Shown piece after piece: positions 46,301-60,860 of a stretch of DNA of 64,000 nucleotides. Below the pieces are notes generated by a model. It was not told where the DNA came from. It saw only the letters and a list, made by a program, of their open reading frames with translations, and made no database searches. The DNA is from Acanthaster planci (taxonomy: Eukaryota). The stretch spans positions 3,330,646-3,394,645 of the forward strand of contig NW_019091355.1 in NCBI RefSeq assembly GCF_001949145.1, written 5' to 3'. Made by a program: the position numbers and the translations under genes. Positions within the stretch are counted from its first letter, which is position 1. Each line of letters opens with the position of its first letter.

Positions 46301-49300
46301 TGATACGGATAATGAATGTCTTTACATGCGTGCTAATTTTCAAAATGATCAGGCAGGTACTATAAGAGCTGAGTTCATGAGGGTGAAAGGAGATCCTCTC
46401 TCAGTTAGATGGTCCCCAAAACAACCCAGATCTTTTAGCGTCAAAGTGGAACTTATGCATTCTGTTTCCACTTACCCATTAAATCACTGGTCCTAAATAC
46501 ATGAACAACTGTACATGGACCTGATGCATAGTGGAGGGAACTATTCCCCATGTTCTGCATTAACAGAATGCTGTGCAATTTCACACAAACCTTTCGCTGC
46601 TCCAAATATCGACATTGGCAGTAGATTGTCCTTGCCGCAGGAGGCTACTGTTGTCTATAGAAGCCTCAGAGCTAGTTACAGGACCTGCAGCAGATGGTGC
46701 CGAATGACACGTCCACATCGGCCAACAAGGGGGACAAACATCACTAGAAGAACTAACTGGAAGTGAGAAGTCAGCACACCGACATTGATTATCTGCCCCC
46801 AGAAAATGACGGACAACAGATGGAGTGTGACATTTTGGAATAATGGATTCCTTTTTGTGGAAAACCAGAGTGTTTGAATATCACAGTCCTCAACAAATTA
46901 CAGATAGTGTGTCAACAAGACCAAAAAGGCCCACTTGCAAAGCGCGCAACATAAATTAACAAAATAAATTGCTCCACAAAAACTGGTTACCGGCCAGAAT
47001 ATTGTGTGTAGTGATTAGGTTTCAAGTGGTTCCCAACACAATTTCGCTGAATCATCCCCAGAGCATGCCTGAATGTATGCATGAATACATTGCGCCATAC
47101 ATGTATGTACCTGATTTTTTTCATAGTATGTTGCTTTTTGTCCATATGTTTTTACACGTAGTCCTCAGCACAAAAATCATTTTGTGTTTTCACATACTGT
47201 AGTAACTTCACTCTAGTGAAACAATCACATTGATGTCTTGTTTAAACAGCGTAACTGTTCAACGGTGAAACAGTTGGAGTTGTAGCAGACCTCTCGCTTA
47301 ATCTTTATCCTGATTGGCTAAACCGTTGTCACATGATACACTGACACAGCCCAGTGTCTTGACTTTAGCCTGAGTACATGCCAAGTCACTCTTCACCAAA
47401 ACTTATACCAGGGCCTTGTCTTCAAAAGAAGGACAAAACCGTCAAGAACTCCACTTTTTAAAGCTACTCGTGATTACTCTAAACTGTACTTGTACTCTGC
47501 CTCTGTAGTTGTACCGGAAACTTTGTCTGCAACAGTTATTCGTTTTTCATTTGAAAACTGATGCGAATGAAATATCCCAAACAGACGCTCAACTCACTCA
47601 TAAAACAAACGAGAAGAAACGATCTCACATATACTGGTATCTATTACCATTTTGTGGACACTGGGGGAAAAAAAAAGCCTAAACAAGCTGGGAGTCGGCG
47701 GCGATAAAAGTACTGTGCATCGGAAGTACTTAAAAAGCCATGTTGTACAACATTTCAATGCACGGTTGACACAGTATACCATGTGCATGTGCAGTGACTT
47801 TAATGGCCGCCAGCAGAATTCTGCCTTTGAGGCCTCGCCAATTATGTGTAATTGGAGTGTTGCTGTGCAGAGGTGTGAATACGGATTTTGTATGAAGCCA
47901 TGCGCGCAATTGGTTGTTCGGAGCACCGTTCCCCCTTTCAGTTTATGTTCTTAACCTACTATCCTGGGAACGGGGGAAGATACAAGTACCCTGTAGTTGC
48001 AATCAACCCAGTCAAAACAACTGAAAAATTGCGAGAAGAATTTCCCATTCACATTCACAGGCGAAGTGTGGGGAAAAAAAGCTGTGAACAATTTTCCCAC
48101 TCGTGGAAACAGGTGTGAACATTTTTTCCCACTAGTGAAAAAAGGTGGGCAGAAATTCTTTTTCACAGAGGGGGGGAAAAAAGTATGAAAATTTTTCCGT
48201 GGACGGGGAAAATTTTTCACAGTTTGTGAAATGAATATTCATTTTCCCTGATTGGAAAAAGTATAAAAATTTTTCCCCTTTTTAGGTGAACTTTCAAATG
48301 TAATGTACTGTATATGTACATATAGCACTGTGAATGGTATTTTTCCATGTAGTGACTTTGAAGCGTGTCCATTGTCATTGACGCTGTGACAATGGGCTGC
48401 TTTGGTAGTGGCTGAAAAAATTCAGTGATGGCAGCTTAATGGGGTGTTGTTGATGGCACAGTATATGCAAGTCTGCAGTGCATTTTTAGACATTGTCGGC
48501 CTGGTGCTGTTTGACTATGTCCCTTCAGGAACTTCGATGGCAGGCCTGTAGGCTGGAGGGGTTCGAGCAAACCCCCCCCCCCCACTCGCTTCTGAGTTCC
48601 GCTTGGTGGCGGTCTTTTTTTGTGTGTGTGTAGTCCCTACTGAATATTTTAAATACTGTATACCGTAGGCCTAATATTCGGCATACGAGCCATGGCTTAT
48701 ACGTTGATTCTCAAGCTCAAGGTGACCACAGTTCTGCGTAATAATGAGTCAATCTCCAGTCATGTGTACCATCAGGAAGTTCCGGCAAATATCCACATTT
48801 CAGGTGTTTGAAAGGGTTTGAAATCAATGTATTTTTGTTAAGTTTCTTCAATATTGAAAACTAGTGTGAAAAGTGTACAAGTCTTACATGCAACCTTTGG
48901 TTTGCGACAGACAGGCAACTTTTCAGTGTTGTATTCTCAAACTCATTGTGATAGGCCTTTGTATAAAAATATGTGGTCACAGTGCCAAAGGTTCCACTTT
49001 TTGGTTTGACGATCCCCCCCCCTTCTCTGGTCAGGCAACGGGCCTGGATGGTCAGTATTTATGAGAAGAGCCAGAGTACAACACATAGGCGTTTTTTTCC
49101 TTTAAAAAAGTAGAAATTGTTGAAAGTGAATAGAAATAACATGTCATTTGCCATAACCTTCTGCTTCTGTGTATTTACATGTAGACTTATCCTAATACCA
49201 TTTCAGCCACAACATTTCTGCCTTGAATGAAATGAGCTGTTGGTTTTCTAATTAAAATGGATATCGCACATTGTCAGTGCTGCAGAAGACAAGCCTATTG

Positions 49301-52197
49301 CGCTTTGGGCAGCCAACTATGTGCATGTACAGACCTCCGCGGCCAAACAGTGCCATTGATTTCCTCAGCCTGCATGAGCATGAGGGAGGAACAGGTGATA
49401 AAGCCGAGTTGCCATGGCAATATTGGCAGCTGCTGTTTAATATGAATGATGATACCAACTTTATGCTCTATTTGACAGTTGTTGCAGTAAAATGGTATTC
49501 CTGTTGTGTATTGATGAGTTGTCATATATGCATGTTAACCTTTTTTAAATCAACTTTTCTGGGAATTTTGCATAAAATTTACCAATCATTGTCTTCAAAA
49601 TTCTAGTACTTACAACTTTAAAGGTTGCTCAGTCGTGCATTCTACGTCTGTTTGACTAATTGTAATTCGGTGCACTTCTGAGCCACCTGATACAAATATG
49701 TATGCAAATCCTTTCAATTAACCAGGCGATTTTTTTTTTAATAAACGTGTTTATCGTGGATGAACTTTCAGAATTTATGCAGCCGTTATTAATTTTGCTT
49801 GAGTTGTTACTTCTTGTGACCTTATATGTCTGAGTATGAAATTTTATTTATGAAGTATTTGTGCTATAAAGCACGCGCATGCACTCTATTCATTTGCATT
49901 ACACGTCCTGCTTCAAAATGACGTCACACTTCGGAATTCTATAAACTTCCTCCCAAAACGTGCCCCACATCTCCAGTTTTCATTAAAAACTGTTTTTGTT
50001 TCAGGACAACCAAGGCAATGATGAAAAGGCCGGTTCTGCTTCAAAGCAGCAGTTGCCTAGGAAAGGGGCCCAGGGGACGAGCAAGGATGCAGCCACCGTC
50101 AGGAAGTTGCCTGATTCTGCAACAAGACAGCCCCAAGCTGTGCCAAACAAGCCTCAACAAGTAAAGAAGGTTAGACTTGGTGAAATCATCACATTTGCTG
50201 ACAAGATGTCAAATCGAAATGTTCACAGCACTGAGAATTTGTAGTTGAATTAAAAAGTCCCAAAAATGTTTTATCAAAAAATTCATTTTTGAAACAGAAC
50301 ATATTAAACATTAGTAACACCACAGATGGAAAAAATCCTCAGATTTGACAAAGATCACCCTATGTCATATTTCAGGTATTTTGTCATTCGTATCGATGCC
50401 AAATCCGCCTGGTCTTGGCACACCACATCACCAATTGGGCTTTGCCCAAATGCAGCCTCCGTAATACTGCGAGAACACTAAGGTGTCTTATTTTTGCCCA
50501 TTGTGGTTGATTTTGATCACGTACGTGTAAATCCGTACTTGGGGCAGTTTTCCTAGAAAACTTCTAAATTTTCCACCTTGGAGGTAACCAACGCCATATT
50601 CTTTATACTGTACTTGAGCTTTAGCATCAAGCCCCATGTAAATTATAAGTCTGCTCCCTCCACAATACCTTAAAATCTTCCGCTATGCCAAGAATATTTG
50701 TGAAGGTTGAAGTGAATAAGTTTTGGGGTGTCTGTCAGTGTTATCCTACGTTGTAACGCTACAGAATATTCAGCCTGTCATCCATAAAATGAAAAAAATG
50801 CATTTTTTTTTCTTACTACCAGGTAATAGTATTACCAAATGAGCCCGACACAAGAGACAAAAAGGTAAGCGTCTAGAAAGCAGAAAACAAAGTTTTGCTT
50901 GAGAGTCGACAATTCTGCTCAGAGAGATTCTGCTTAGAGATGGAAGCATCGGGCCCTCTGGCTTCTAAGCGTTCAAGTAGTACAGAGGGTACTCGTCTTG
51001 AGTTACCAAGTGAGCATGGTAAATTTCCCTGACAAAGTCAAAGCAAAAACAATGGTGCAAGGCTTCATTGTGTTTGTATGTCATTTGCCCAACAGTGTAT
51101 AACGGTGGCATTGAGAGGTCTACGGAGTACAGTCACGAAGAGGCGGTTTCTTTACACAGAAAAAGTTCAGGTAAGAAACGAGACTCCACAGGGACCAGAC
51201 TATGAGGTGCAGGAAAGAGATGTAACGGTGTGGACGAAGGCAGAACCAAAATTTCAGGGGGAAGCAAAATTTTGGGCAGAGAGAATGAGGATTTCTTAAC
51301 CCTTCGCTACGGAGGACTGCTACTACCGCACCGTTGTGTGAGGATTAGTGCATACCACACATACAGTCTATTCACCATGCAGCTGCTGGTTCAATGGGGT
51401 CTGCTGCTGGACAAAGCCCTCCACTCAGGGCATACCACAGTCCAGCAGTCGCGGTCAAAATAATCGCACCGTGAAGGGGTTAATGAACTCCCTCGGATGT
51501 GAGACTAAATGTGGGGTCTTCTTACAAGTTTAGGAAGGACACGAAATGAAATCCCACTAAAATCATCTTGATTGTATATTTAAAAGTATAAATGCCATAT
51601 CTATATTGTATTCTGAGACTTGAGGTACATGCTTTTGGCAAATTGCAACACTGTTGGTCATTTGATGTGCACACTGCCTTCCTGTGAGTGTAGTACCTCT
51701 GCAGTTATGGCTTCTAATTTCAGTCACCAAATTAGCCTTTGAATACTGAAGTGTGATGTCACTGTGATACAGAAAGTGCAGTGTAAACGTACGCGCGCGT
51801 GTTGGTTCACGAGCCGGTTCTCGCACTGATGCCTCTTACGCACATAATTGTGCACATGACATAGTCACTTTGGTACTGTTCAAGGGGTGTGGTCATGTTT
51901 GCCTACAGTTACGTCGCAAATTTGACCACTTAAAATTTTTAGTTTGTTTCTCTATTGGTGTGGTCCAGATGTCGCACAGTTTCCTGAGTTTTGTTTTTCT
52001 GTTTCTGTCACTGTACATGTAATTGCTGCGGTCAACAGGTGCTTTTGGACTGGATGGCCAAGCAAGGCTACCACCCCAAACTTTACACAGTCTGCACAAC
52101 GTTCCCGCGGAGGGACTTGTCCCAACACGCCGAGGAGACACTGGAGGATATGCACCTGGTCAGAGACGTCGTGCTGGCGATCGAGGAGAGAGAGTGA
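40335..52197 (+). CDS. UBXN8: UBX domain-containing protein 8 (ER-membrane p97/VCP adaptor), ~306 aa
   Basis: Exons 40335-40473, 42678-42824, 44918-44991, 45488-45607, 50005-50169, 50823-50864, 51096-51170, 52039-52197 join in frame (921 nt). N-terminal hydrophobic segments. EKASRYEAEVARPRREAKKAQLEREFYKFAGPAWK matches recalled UBXN8 EKASRYIENVLKP...EERFYQMTGEAWK. C-terminal UBX domain ITVALRG...RRF...QVLLDWMAKQGY...TTFPRR. Exon 1 and the exon-5 donor (50160 or 50169) are less certain. Confidence 0.88.
47985..48290. repeat. Low-complexity repeat rich in TGAAAA/TTTTCAC motifs, probably a decayed MITE
   Basis: Repeated GTGAA(A/C)A, TTTTCCCAC, TTTTCAC and GAAAAAGTAT motifs in both orientations. 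Confidence 0.5.
48541..49046. mobile_element. Non-autonomous DNA transposon in UBXN8 intron 4
   Basis: Imperfect TIRs CAGGCCTGTAG / CAACGGGCCTG; flanked on both sides by GATGG (48536-48540, 49047-49051). Confidence 0.7.
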
Positions 52198-52355
52198 CGT
52201 GGCAAGTCGTAATATGTGCAAGAATCCACCCACCGGCCAGTCTGCCCTCCATCGCCATAAACCTCCACTCTCACCGATTTCTGCAATTATGTAGCAAGCC
52301 TCCTTCATATGCCAGACCAAAATGCAGTATGGCCAATGGCTCGTGCTTGGCACTT

Positions 52356-52382
52356 TCACTCACTCACTCACTCACTCACTCT
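52356..52382. repeat. (CACT)n microsatellite in the UBXN8 3' UTR
   Basis: About 6 copies of CACT. Confidence 0.85.
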
Positions 52383-53310
52383 CTTTCATAGTCGGGGGAC
52401 TTGAGGGAAGCTTGAGGGCTTGGCACTTTGCTTTCATACAAACCTAGAGCATCAGTTGGAGTCACTCACAGTACGCTGCGCCCCTCCATGTTTGTCCCCC
52501 AAAAGTCCATTTTCAGTTGGCAGATTTTCATCTGCATCCCTGCAATGCTTTTAACTGCTGCAGTGACATGAAGACTGCAGTCATCCTGCCATCGAGATCG
52601 GCGCAAGTCATCAGGAATGAAGATGCTGATTGGTTGTAGCATTCTCTGCAGTAATTGGGAGTTGTAAGATTAGGTATGATGATTGACAGCCATGTACAAT
52701 CAATGTGTAATGGAGTCACAATATATCAACCTTTTGCCCAGTACGGTACTCACTTCCCATGCAAACTTCTGGTAGTTGTGTTCTTCCGTCTGGAGTCCAC
52801 AGAGAACTGGGGGGGAAAATGCATTTGAGATGTCACATTAATGCGAGAATTGCCGTGAAATCTTCACTGTCTTTAATATTTGAAAGTGGCGGAGGTTTAC
52901 GTGGCTAGAAAACACTGGGTTGGTTTGTTCGTGTTTTCTGCCCATGAAGTCTCCAGCTGATTTCAGCTTGATGCATGTACTGCCCTCTCTTGTCCAACTC
53001 CAGTATCATTCTATGTTTTTTTTCAATGACAGTGCAACATCAAAAAACCTGTGCAGAAGAATTTTGATCACCCGTTGAGTTCCACTCTATCACGCTGCAG
53101 CCATAAGGCTGTATTATTAAACATATGCAGTGAATTGCTAATTGAGGTTCCCAACCCAAACACACTTGCTAATTGAACCGTTGGGATAGATTCAAAGCTA
53201 GATGACCATGTATGAACTCTGGCCAAATACATGTACTATCATTTGTACAAAAACTCTATGTAAAACAAATTGCAGCATCTTATACCATTTTCTTTTTTTT
53301 TTACAGAGAG

Positions 53311-53316
53311 AATAAA
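53311..53316 (+). terminator. Candidate UBXN8 polyadenylation signal
   Basis: AATAAA ~1.1 kb after the stop codon, preceded by a T-rich tract. Confidence 0.4.
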
Positions 53317-54404
53317 GTGCCTCTTATTGCAAAGTGTAGGTGATATAAAATATAACTTGCCGTAACATGCAAAATAGATTTTCAGTTATTTTTCTTTTAC
53401 CACAAGATTATTGAATCACCAAATTAAGTACACTCTGTTTAGAATATTTATTCATGAAGGATGAAAGAATTTTGGAAAGAGTGCGTTTCGTATTTGTCAT
53501 TGGAAATTTGAAGGAGTGCAAATTTGTCAACATATCATAATTGTGTTTTGACATTTTATGAAGAGACTCGTATGTTGATGATTGGACGCTCCTGCATGTA
53601 ATGCAGATTGTCCCAGTCCTGGAGGACTGCTCTGAAATGAATAGAAAAGGGGTAAAAATCAAATTGTGTTTGATTAGTGGATTTTCTTGGTAGTTTGAGA
53701 AGCTGGTGTGTTACAGGTGCATGGATGAATTTTACTGGGAGTTTAGACCTGGAAATGTGAAAATTATCAAGATGGTTTGAAAAGATATTGCCTGATGAAA
53801 GTCGGGAAAAGAATGACAAACAGTTGACAACTGTCTGCTTTAAGTAAGCCATCAAGGACAATATTTCCATTTTTTTTTAATGATCATAATCTGTAATCAA
53901 AACTAACAAGGTGAGATATCCAGACGCTAAAGAACTCGTTCAAGTCAACATCTGCACTGCAGATTTTGAAAACTTGCAACTCTCTGTTTCAAAGTATGCA
54001 GCATCCTTTACAACCCTTTTTCAATGTCGTCCAAGCATCTGATGCTGCCGACTACACATTTGAAAGTTAACTTACTCTTTGTAAGTACCCTGCACAATTA
54101 CTGCCCCAAAATTAATTGACTCCCGAAAAATAAATACGTACATGTACATGGTATCCAACACGAAACAAACGTGTAAATTCTGGACAAGCCAAGCACTACT
54201 ATAACCTTGATAAAATCTCTAGCGAACTATATACATGACATGTTTCATAAAATCTAATTAATTCATCACACTCTGCCACACCTCCGCATGAATACTCAAG
54301 GAAAAAGTAGAAATGGTATTCGACGTCACATATGAAACTATAAAAAAAGCAAAAACTTACAAGCAAGATAGTATATCGGGGGAAAACACCGAACCAACAA
54401 AAAG

Positions 54405-57400
54405 TTTATTTACGGGTCTGTAATCTATCCCATTAAAAGGACCCCCCCGCCCTTAATTGGAATCTTCTGGGAGTATTAAATCGCGGAGGTTTGGGAGGTC
54501 AGTTTTAATCACAAGGAGATGCACCAGTGCAGCAGTCTTCAATTCGTTATGTTTTTGAATATTGCAGACTGCTGGGGTAAATATTTGGAGCGCAAAGCTC
54601 ACTGAAGCGTACCAGTGGAAAAGCCAAGACGTAGCAATTCCAATTTCGCAGACCCTTGTTTTGGAGAACGCTCGGCTTCAAATGTACGTACATCAGTTTA
54701 AACCAGTTCAAGTTGTGTTTAAATACACCTGTGGCTCAACTCTTAGCTGATGGGGGGGGGGCTTTGCTTGAGACAAGAACACCAGTAAGATTGTGTGAAT
54801 CGAAAATGTTGATCCCTGTGTACATCAAAAACAAAAAAAGGCTGTATATACAGGTACTTGACATGGGCAGAGAATTTTGCCTTGAGTAACCACCGAAGAC
54901 ACATTCATACTAGTGACGAAAGAATAGGCAATATACCCTCAAGGGTTGCCTCATAACTATCCCCATCCCACATAAAAACTATTTCATAGGACTATATACA
55001 GATTCTTACTGCACTTCGCACATAGTTTAGCCCGAATTGTTTAAGATGAGTTGCATTACCACTCTGAGGTCTAACAAGTCCCTCAGAGTCAACCTGTTTG
55101 ACTCTCTAAACCAATACAGGAACAATACATGTAGTTATATTTTGACAGTGTCATATCAAAACTTCAGGCAACGGAAACTTGGCTTAGACTCCAGGCTTCA
55201 AGAATTGAAGCTGTTTAGCTATCACTGAAGGCTCTGGCTCAGAAATAAACTCCCCATCTTGCGGCTGTGTGTAATTCACAGCTTGATACCTGGAGCAGAA
55301 GCCACAGCCCACTTCATTCTGTTCAAAAATGCTTGTGGCTTTACGAAATGGCGCCAGAGCCACGTCGCCACTGAATCCAAGATTTCCAAAAAGGGTTTGG
55401 TCAAGTTTTGTTTCTAACCAGAGAACACCAGAAAGGTCAGGCTCTTGCCTCCTCTATCAACACCGCCAAAGACGTATATCAACACAGTTGAGCAAGCTCC
55501 TTCAACCCCTCCTTCACCTTCCAATTATCACAAGAATATACTTTCAATCCTACTTTAAATACAAAGGAGTGATTCAAAACAACGTGTCATCACCTCACCA
55601 CTAGGGCATCTCCTATGCAGTGCATTATGGGAAATAGTTATTCATTTGCTCACACAGTGGAACGGCATTCATTTTGCACCAGACAAGGACTTTACAGTTT
55701 AAGCATGCCTGTACAGGTGCCACTGAAGTTATGGTATTTCATTCTGTGAGAACTGTCGGAGTTTATTTTATTTTTCAGCAAAATACTGTACTATAATCAG
55801 CAAAATCTGGATAAATTACAGTGTTGTGGTTGAGACTTCTTACCTCCATCATGAGACCCCACGAGACCATCAGAAGCCACAAACTTTTCAAGTGAAGTGG
55901 AACAAAAGCATTCCTTTCTCACCGTGCACCATGTTCCTTGTGACTGGTCTTATGATGGTCTCAACTCCAACACTGGGTAGCTGACCAAGAAGCTAACAAG
56001 TAACTTCTTTGGAACAAACATTGGGCGGTGCGCTGTACTGGATATCACTGCCACTAGGTCCTTATCAACAAACCAAGTTCAACTTTTTGCTATGTACATG
56101 ATAGTGTGGACAAGGATTCCTGTTTTGATTGCCACCCAATAGTTGTGAAAATACTTCAATAAATAATTTAATATTTTTACAGTGATTGTTAACATCCATC
56201 CCTCTACTTTAGTCTCCACTTACTAATCAACGAGCTTTTAACAACCTACAGACAGTTAAAACGAGGCATTCAGGAGAAAAAGTCAGTCTGAGTTTGCAAA
56301 GAAATTGGAAAAGTTTTGGCAGTAGCATTATAAGCAAGCAAAAATTTTTGTAACACCGGACTTTTTCGAAATATAAAAAGCACATGTCTAGGGAAAACAA
56401 AATGGTCGTGGCCATTAAAAAGGACTGCTGTACAACGCCGCAAAAAAGGGAGATTTTACAAAAATGGACAAGCTAAGTTTACCAAGATCAAATTTCCTCT
56501 AGCAATTTATCACACACACACACACACACATTTCTGGGTTCTAGCGACAATTTGGCGCGACAGTTTGATTTTTCTTCCTCTCAAGGCACTTGATGATTGC
56601 ATTTTCACTTGAAAACACTTCGGTTTTCACGCCGGAACTGACGTAAAAAATAGTTGGTTGCTGAGACAGGGAGTGCCAAAAACAAACTATAGACGCGGCG
56701 AGCAGACAACAGCAGCCCTACAAACATTAGCATTTAAATAAGACAAGCCAGACAACCACTAGAAATGTTTACACAAAATGAAACAAAAAATATGTTTACA
56801 GCTTTGAACACAACTTTCAAACATGTCTACACTTGAAGCGTTCACAAACCTCTGAGTGTACATGTGGTTCAAGTTCTTCAAGTGCCCTGACGCTTTTTTA
56901 CACAATGCCTGAATAAATCCCTATCATCTGATTGGTAGAGCGCCAGTCTCATGTCACTGAATTATTTGTTCAAATGCACAGCACAGCTGCATCACAAAAA
57001 CAGGACATGGTGACCCTGGATCCATGGTCATAACAACTTCTGAACATTAAGGTGATGCGAGGATCTATTACGGCAGCGATATTCTTTTCTTTATCTGTTC
57101 TGGCATTGTGTAAAAACCAATAATGAACGTGCCACATCTGTGCAATGGCAAGAATAATTTCATTCAACAACAAGACGAAAATATTCATCTGTCGACATAT
57201 GAAATAATTCCTACCACTGCACTTATAAAAATCAATTATTTGTAAAGTACACATTGCTTGTAGACTAAGCACGGCAATGACTTAGTCTTTCAACAGATTG
57301 AAATAAATATACACAGTTACAGAGAAGTTAGGACCAATTTACGTACTGAGAACTCAATGTCAGGAACTCATTTGATGAGTGCGAGGCAGAGCGCGAGTAA

Positions 57401-58165
57401 TGATGCCAAGCTGTCGCTAGTCTGCAGAGAATTTCACTGAAGCATTTGATTCACTCTGGACTTTCAGCACCTGCTCAAAAGTAACCTCTTACCTCTAAAA
57501 TGTGACACAAGATCAATGCTTTTCTTTTAACATGCGGACCAACTTGTGGTGAAAAAGCTTCTTGAACACAAAAGGCAATATTCGTGGGAGGCAATCCTGC
57601 ATCTGGACCCAACTTGTGCGCTTACAATTTCTTGTGGAAATCACACCTTCAGTGGAAAGAGCAGTGTTTGGTTAATCTTTTAGTATCCAATCTGGAAATA
57701 ACGCGGCCCGAAGCTGCACACTCCTCCCGTTTTCCAGACACGGCCACGTTTGTCCAGAATCTTCAGAAAGCATTTCTGCTAACTTTGGGATACTCTGGTT
57801 AATTTTTGAAAATAACTGGCACATGTAAATCATCCTCCTAATCTGATTTACCCACATGCCTTGCAATTCTTACTGATTTCTCCAATTTGTCTTAATGTTT
57901 TTTGCATAATGATTACCACTTCTTCTCATAGCATTTGCCCGACATAAAAAAAAAGACAGACTGTCTAAAAACAGACAGGCATCTCGACACTATGCACTAC
58001 TTCATTTTTGCCAGAGTTGGTTACCTGTCCTAACATTACATGTCACAAGAGTATTATGGCAGGGAACCAGTATGTTTATTTTTATCTGTCCATATCCAAG
58101 AAAATAAGTCTTTTGTACCATTTTTTTTTAAAAGTACATTTGATAAAAAAAAAAATAATTGTGGG
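54405..58165 (-). other. Probable long MOB1 3' UTR
   Basis: Non-coding sequence after the MOB1 stop; candidate AATAAA on the minus strand at 54405-54410. Contains a (CA)n tract at 56511-56530. Confidence 0.4.
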
Positions 58166-60860
58166 TTAAGGTTTGCCGTTGAATAACGAGATGAGGTCCT
58201 GGAGGGGCGCCAACTCTTTGGACTCGATCAGGTTGAATTCCTGGACAAAGTAGATGAAGTGCTTGAAGGAGGTGTTGAGGTGAGCCTCTTCCCCCAGCTT
58301 GACGATCTCCGAGAAGTGTTCATGGTAGACATGGGCATACACCCGAAACAGCCGCTTCAGTATCGTTTTGGCGATGGTGGAGAAATTCTTGGGGAAACTC
58401 ACACCTGTTTGATTTTTTTTTCAATTGGAGAGAAGAATTGGCTGAAATTGGGTCAGTCAGAAACAGACATCTTTTACTGACAAATTGTGACCGATCCATT
58501 GTACTGAAGCTTGCCATTGCCTTAACCCTAACCCCCTAGAGTGTATGTAAAAATCATATCCAAATTGGAGGATTTGAAACTACTAGGGCTAGTTTATTGA
58601 TACCTTTAAAAAAGATATTCACAGCTTCCTTAAGGGTATGGAAATTCTTTTTATTGATGAGAAACCATTGAGAACTACCACCCAGTTCCAGCAGAGAAAA
58701 AAAACTTGAATAAGGTGGGATCAGAGCCTTTTCAGTGACTGTTTGAGCATTTGAAAATCATAAAGAAATGACCAACGTATAAGCTGTAGTCCTGGTCTTA
58801 TTTAAAAAATCTACGCCAAAAATTTGCCGCGCAAAAGTTGAAGTAAGGTGCACGGTTTCCCCCAATGTTCGAGAAACTGACCACTAGACTAAGACCTGTC
58901 TGACTAGATTGTATGGAATCTGTCTCACCAATCTTTGAGGGGAATATCATCTCATCATCCAGCTGGTCTTGTACCCACGTCATGAGATAGTCAATGTACT
59001 TGGGCGCTGAGCATTTTATAGGCTTCTTGACCGTCTGCCCGTCCGCCCAGTGATATTCATACCTACAAATAATGACATCAAATTAAATGATGCTGAAAAG
59101 GTTCTCTGTCTGGGTAGGACATAAAACGTTGCACAGCCTTGTGTCAAGAGGGGGCTCCCCACCGCGCTGTGAATTTTCTGAGATTTTGCACTCAACATGA
59201 CTACTGCCACTGTGTAAATTGAACAAGTATGAACTCACTCGGAAACATGGCTATGGCAAACCAATCGGATGGCTTAATGAGCTGGTTCTACCACGTCGCA
59301 TGAAAAACACGGACCAATACCTTCATTTTTTTTCCCACACGGTACAAAGATATTCCTATCACACTTTGAGAGATGAGAAGATGACCTAACTACTGACACG
59401 ACACAAGCACAATTAACAGTTCTGGGTGGAAAAAAAAAAAGAGATTGACCACATAAATGGGTCATTCCATGAGGTTGGGGCACAATTTGTGACGGTGTGC
59501 TTGTTACATCCCAATTTTTACCACCTGTCATGACCTGTAGAGTACGTCATTTACTCAGTGAAAATAACACACACCTCTGTATTCAGCCTTGCAAGATGTA
59601 TAACAATGCCAATGTGGAATCCACATGCAGGGAAATAGCGGTTCATTTTTACGGAACCCATGTAACAATTGACACCGTCAAAAATTGTGCCCCAACCTCG
59701 TGGAATGACCCGAATATGACAAGTCAAGACCCCTTGATTCAGTCAAAACCATTTGGGTGAATCTCCAAGCCAACCCATAAGATACACAAATGATAAGCAA
59801 GTAATTTCTTGCCAAATGGCCGTAGAAGGACTGTGTCAGTGGCATGTAACTGATCTCCACATTCTCACATCAAAAAAGGATTAAAAGGTGCGTGATATAC
59901 ATGTGTGACCTTTCCCAAAATGCTGTTGCTATGGTGAGACTCCAAAAGTCCCGTCACCTGACTCACTTTGGGCCTGCCGACATGACGGGGCATGATTCAG
60001 ACGTGCAGAACTCTGTGATGGTGCCGTACAGCATGTTGATTTGATTGAAAAAGTCCACAGCTGACATGAAACAAAAAGACAAAAGAAACAGCCAGAAGAG
60101 ACTGTTAACTGCAGAAGTGGCACTACATGTAACTGCAGTACATCGGAAATGCTTTCCGTACTTTTTCAGCTCCAAGGGAATTTATGTGTATTCCACAAAA
60201 TGTGACAATTTCCAACAGTAGGAAAACATTTTGACACCATTTTAAACGAGTGAAAAAATTTTTTCAACACCTTTACACTCAAGTGGAAAAACGTTTCCAT
60301 GTTTTTTTGCAGTACCTAGTAATGAATGTGAACCAAAATTCTTCTCAGTGGAAGGGGGGGTCAATTTTGAGGTTTTTTTTTTTTCTAAGCAAACTGGTGA
60401 GTTCCATCCACGCAGAGACCGTGTAATCAACACAATTCAACTGCCTGTGCTGAATGCATGCTGAGCCACAACTCATGTAAACCCACACACACTTGCGGTG
60501 AGTTCCCACCACAGGACCATCGCTGCTCAAGTCAAAGCATGCGACTTCTTGTCCCTGTGCAGAGCGGCTTCCCACATGGCCTCCTGGTTCCACAAAAAAA
60601 AGGGACTCGCCGTCAGCGCGGCAACAGAGCTCGCTCGGTACAGCACCCTCGTCGGTAAGCCGTGTGCACCGGATGCGATCTTTCTGCACTTACTGTTGAC
60701 AGCCACCCACTCGTTCTGATCCTCCCCGTCCGGCAAGACCACGGCCAGCCTCAGGTTGCCACTGCCCAAGGTAGCCTCAGCGTGCTTCATCAACTCATAC
60801 TGGTGCGTCCCCTCTGGAATGTTCTTCTTTGGCTTGAAGGTCTTTGTCGACCTTCCGCCG
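58166..60860 (-). CDS. MOB1: MOB kinase activator 1 (Hippo/NDR-LATS co-activator), 5' partial
   Basis: Exons 60860-60694, 60060-59967, 59062-58929, 58404-58166 are in frame: [107 protein letters not shown]. The short first coding exon (MSFLF-type) was not found in the window. Confidence 0.96.
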
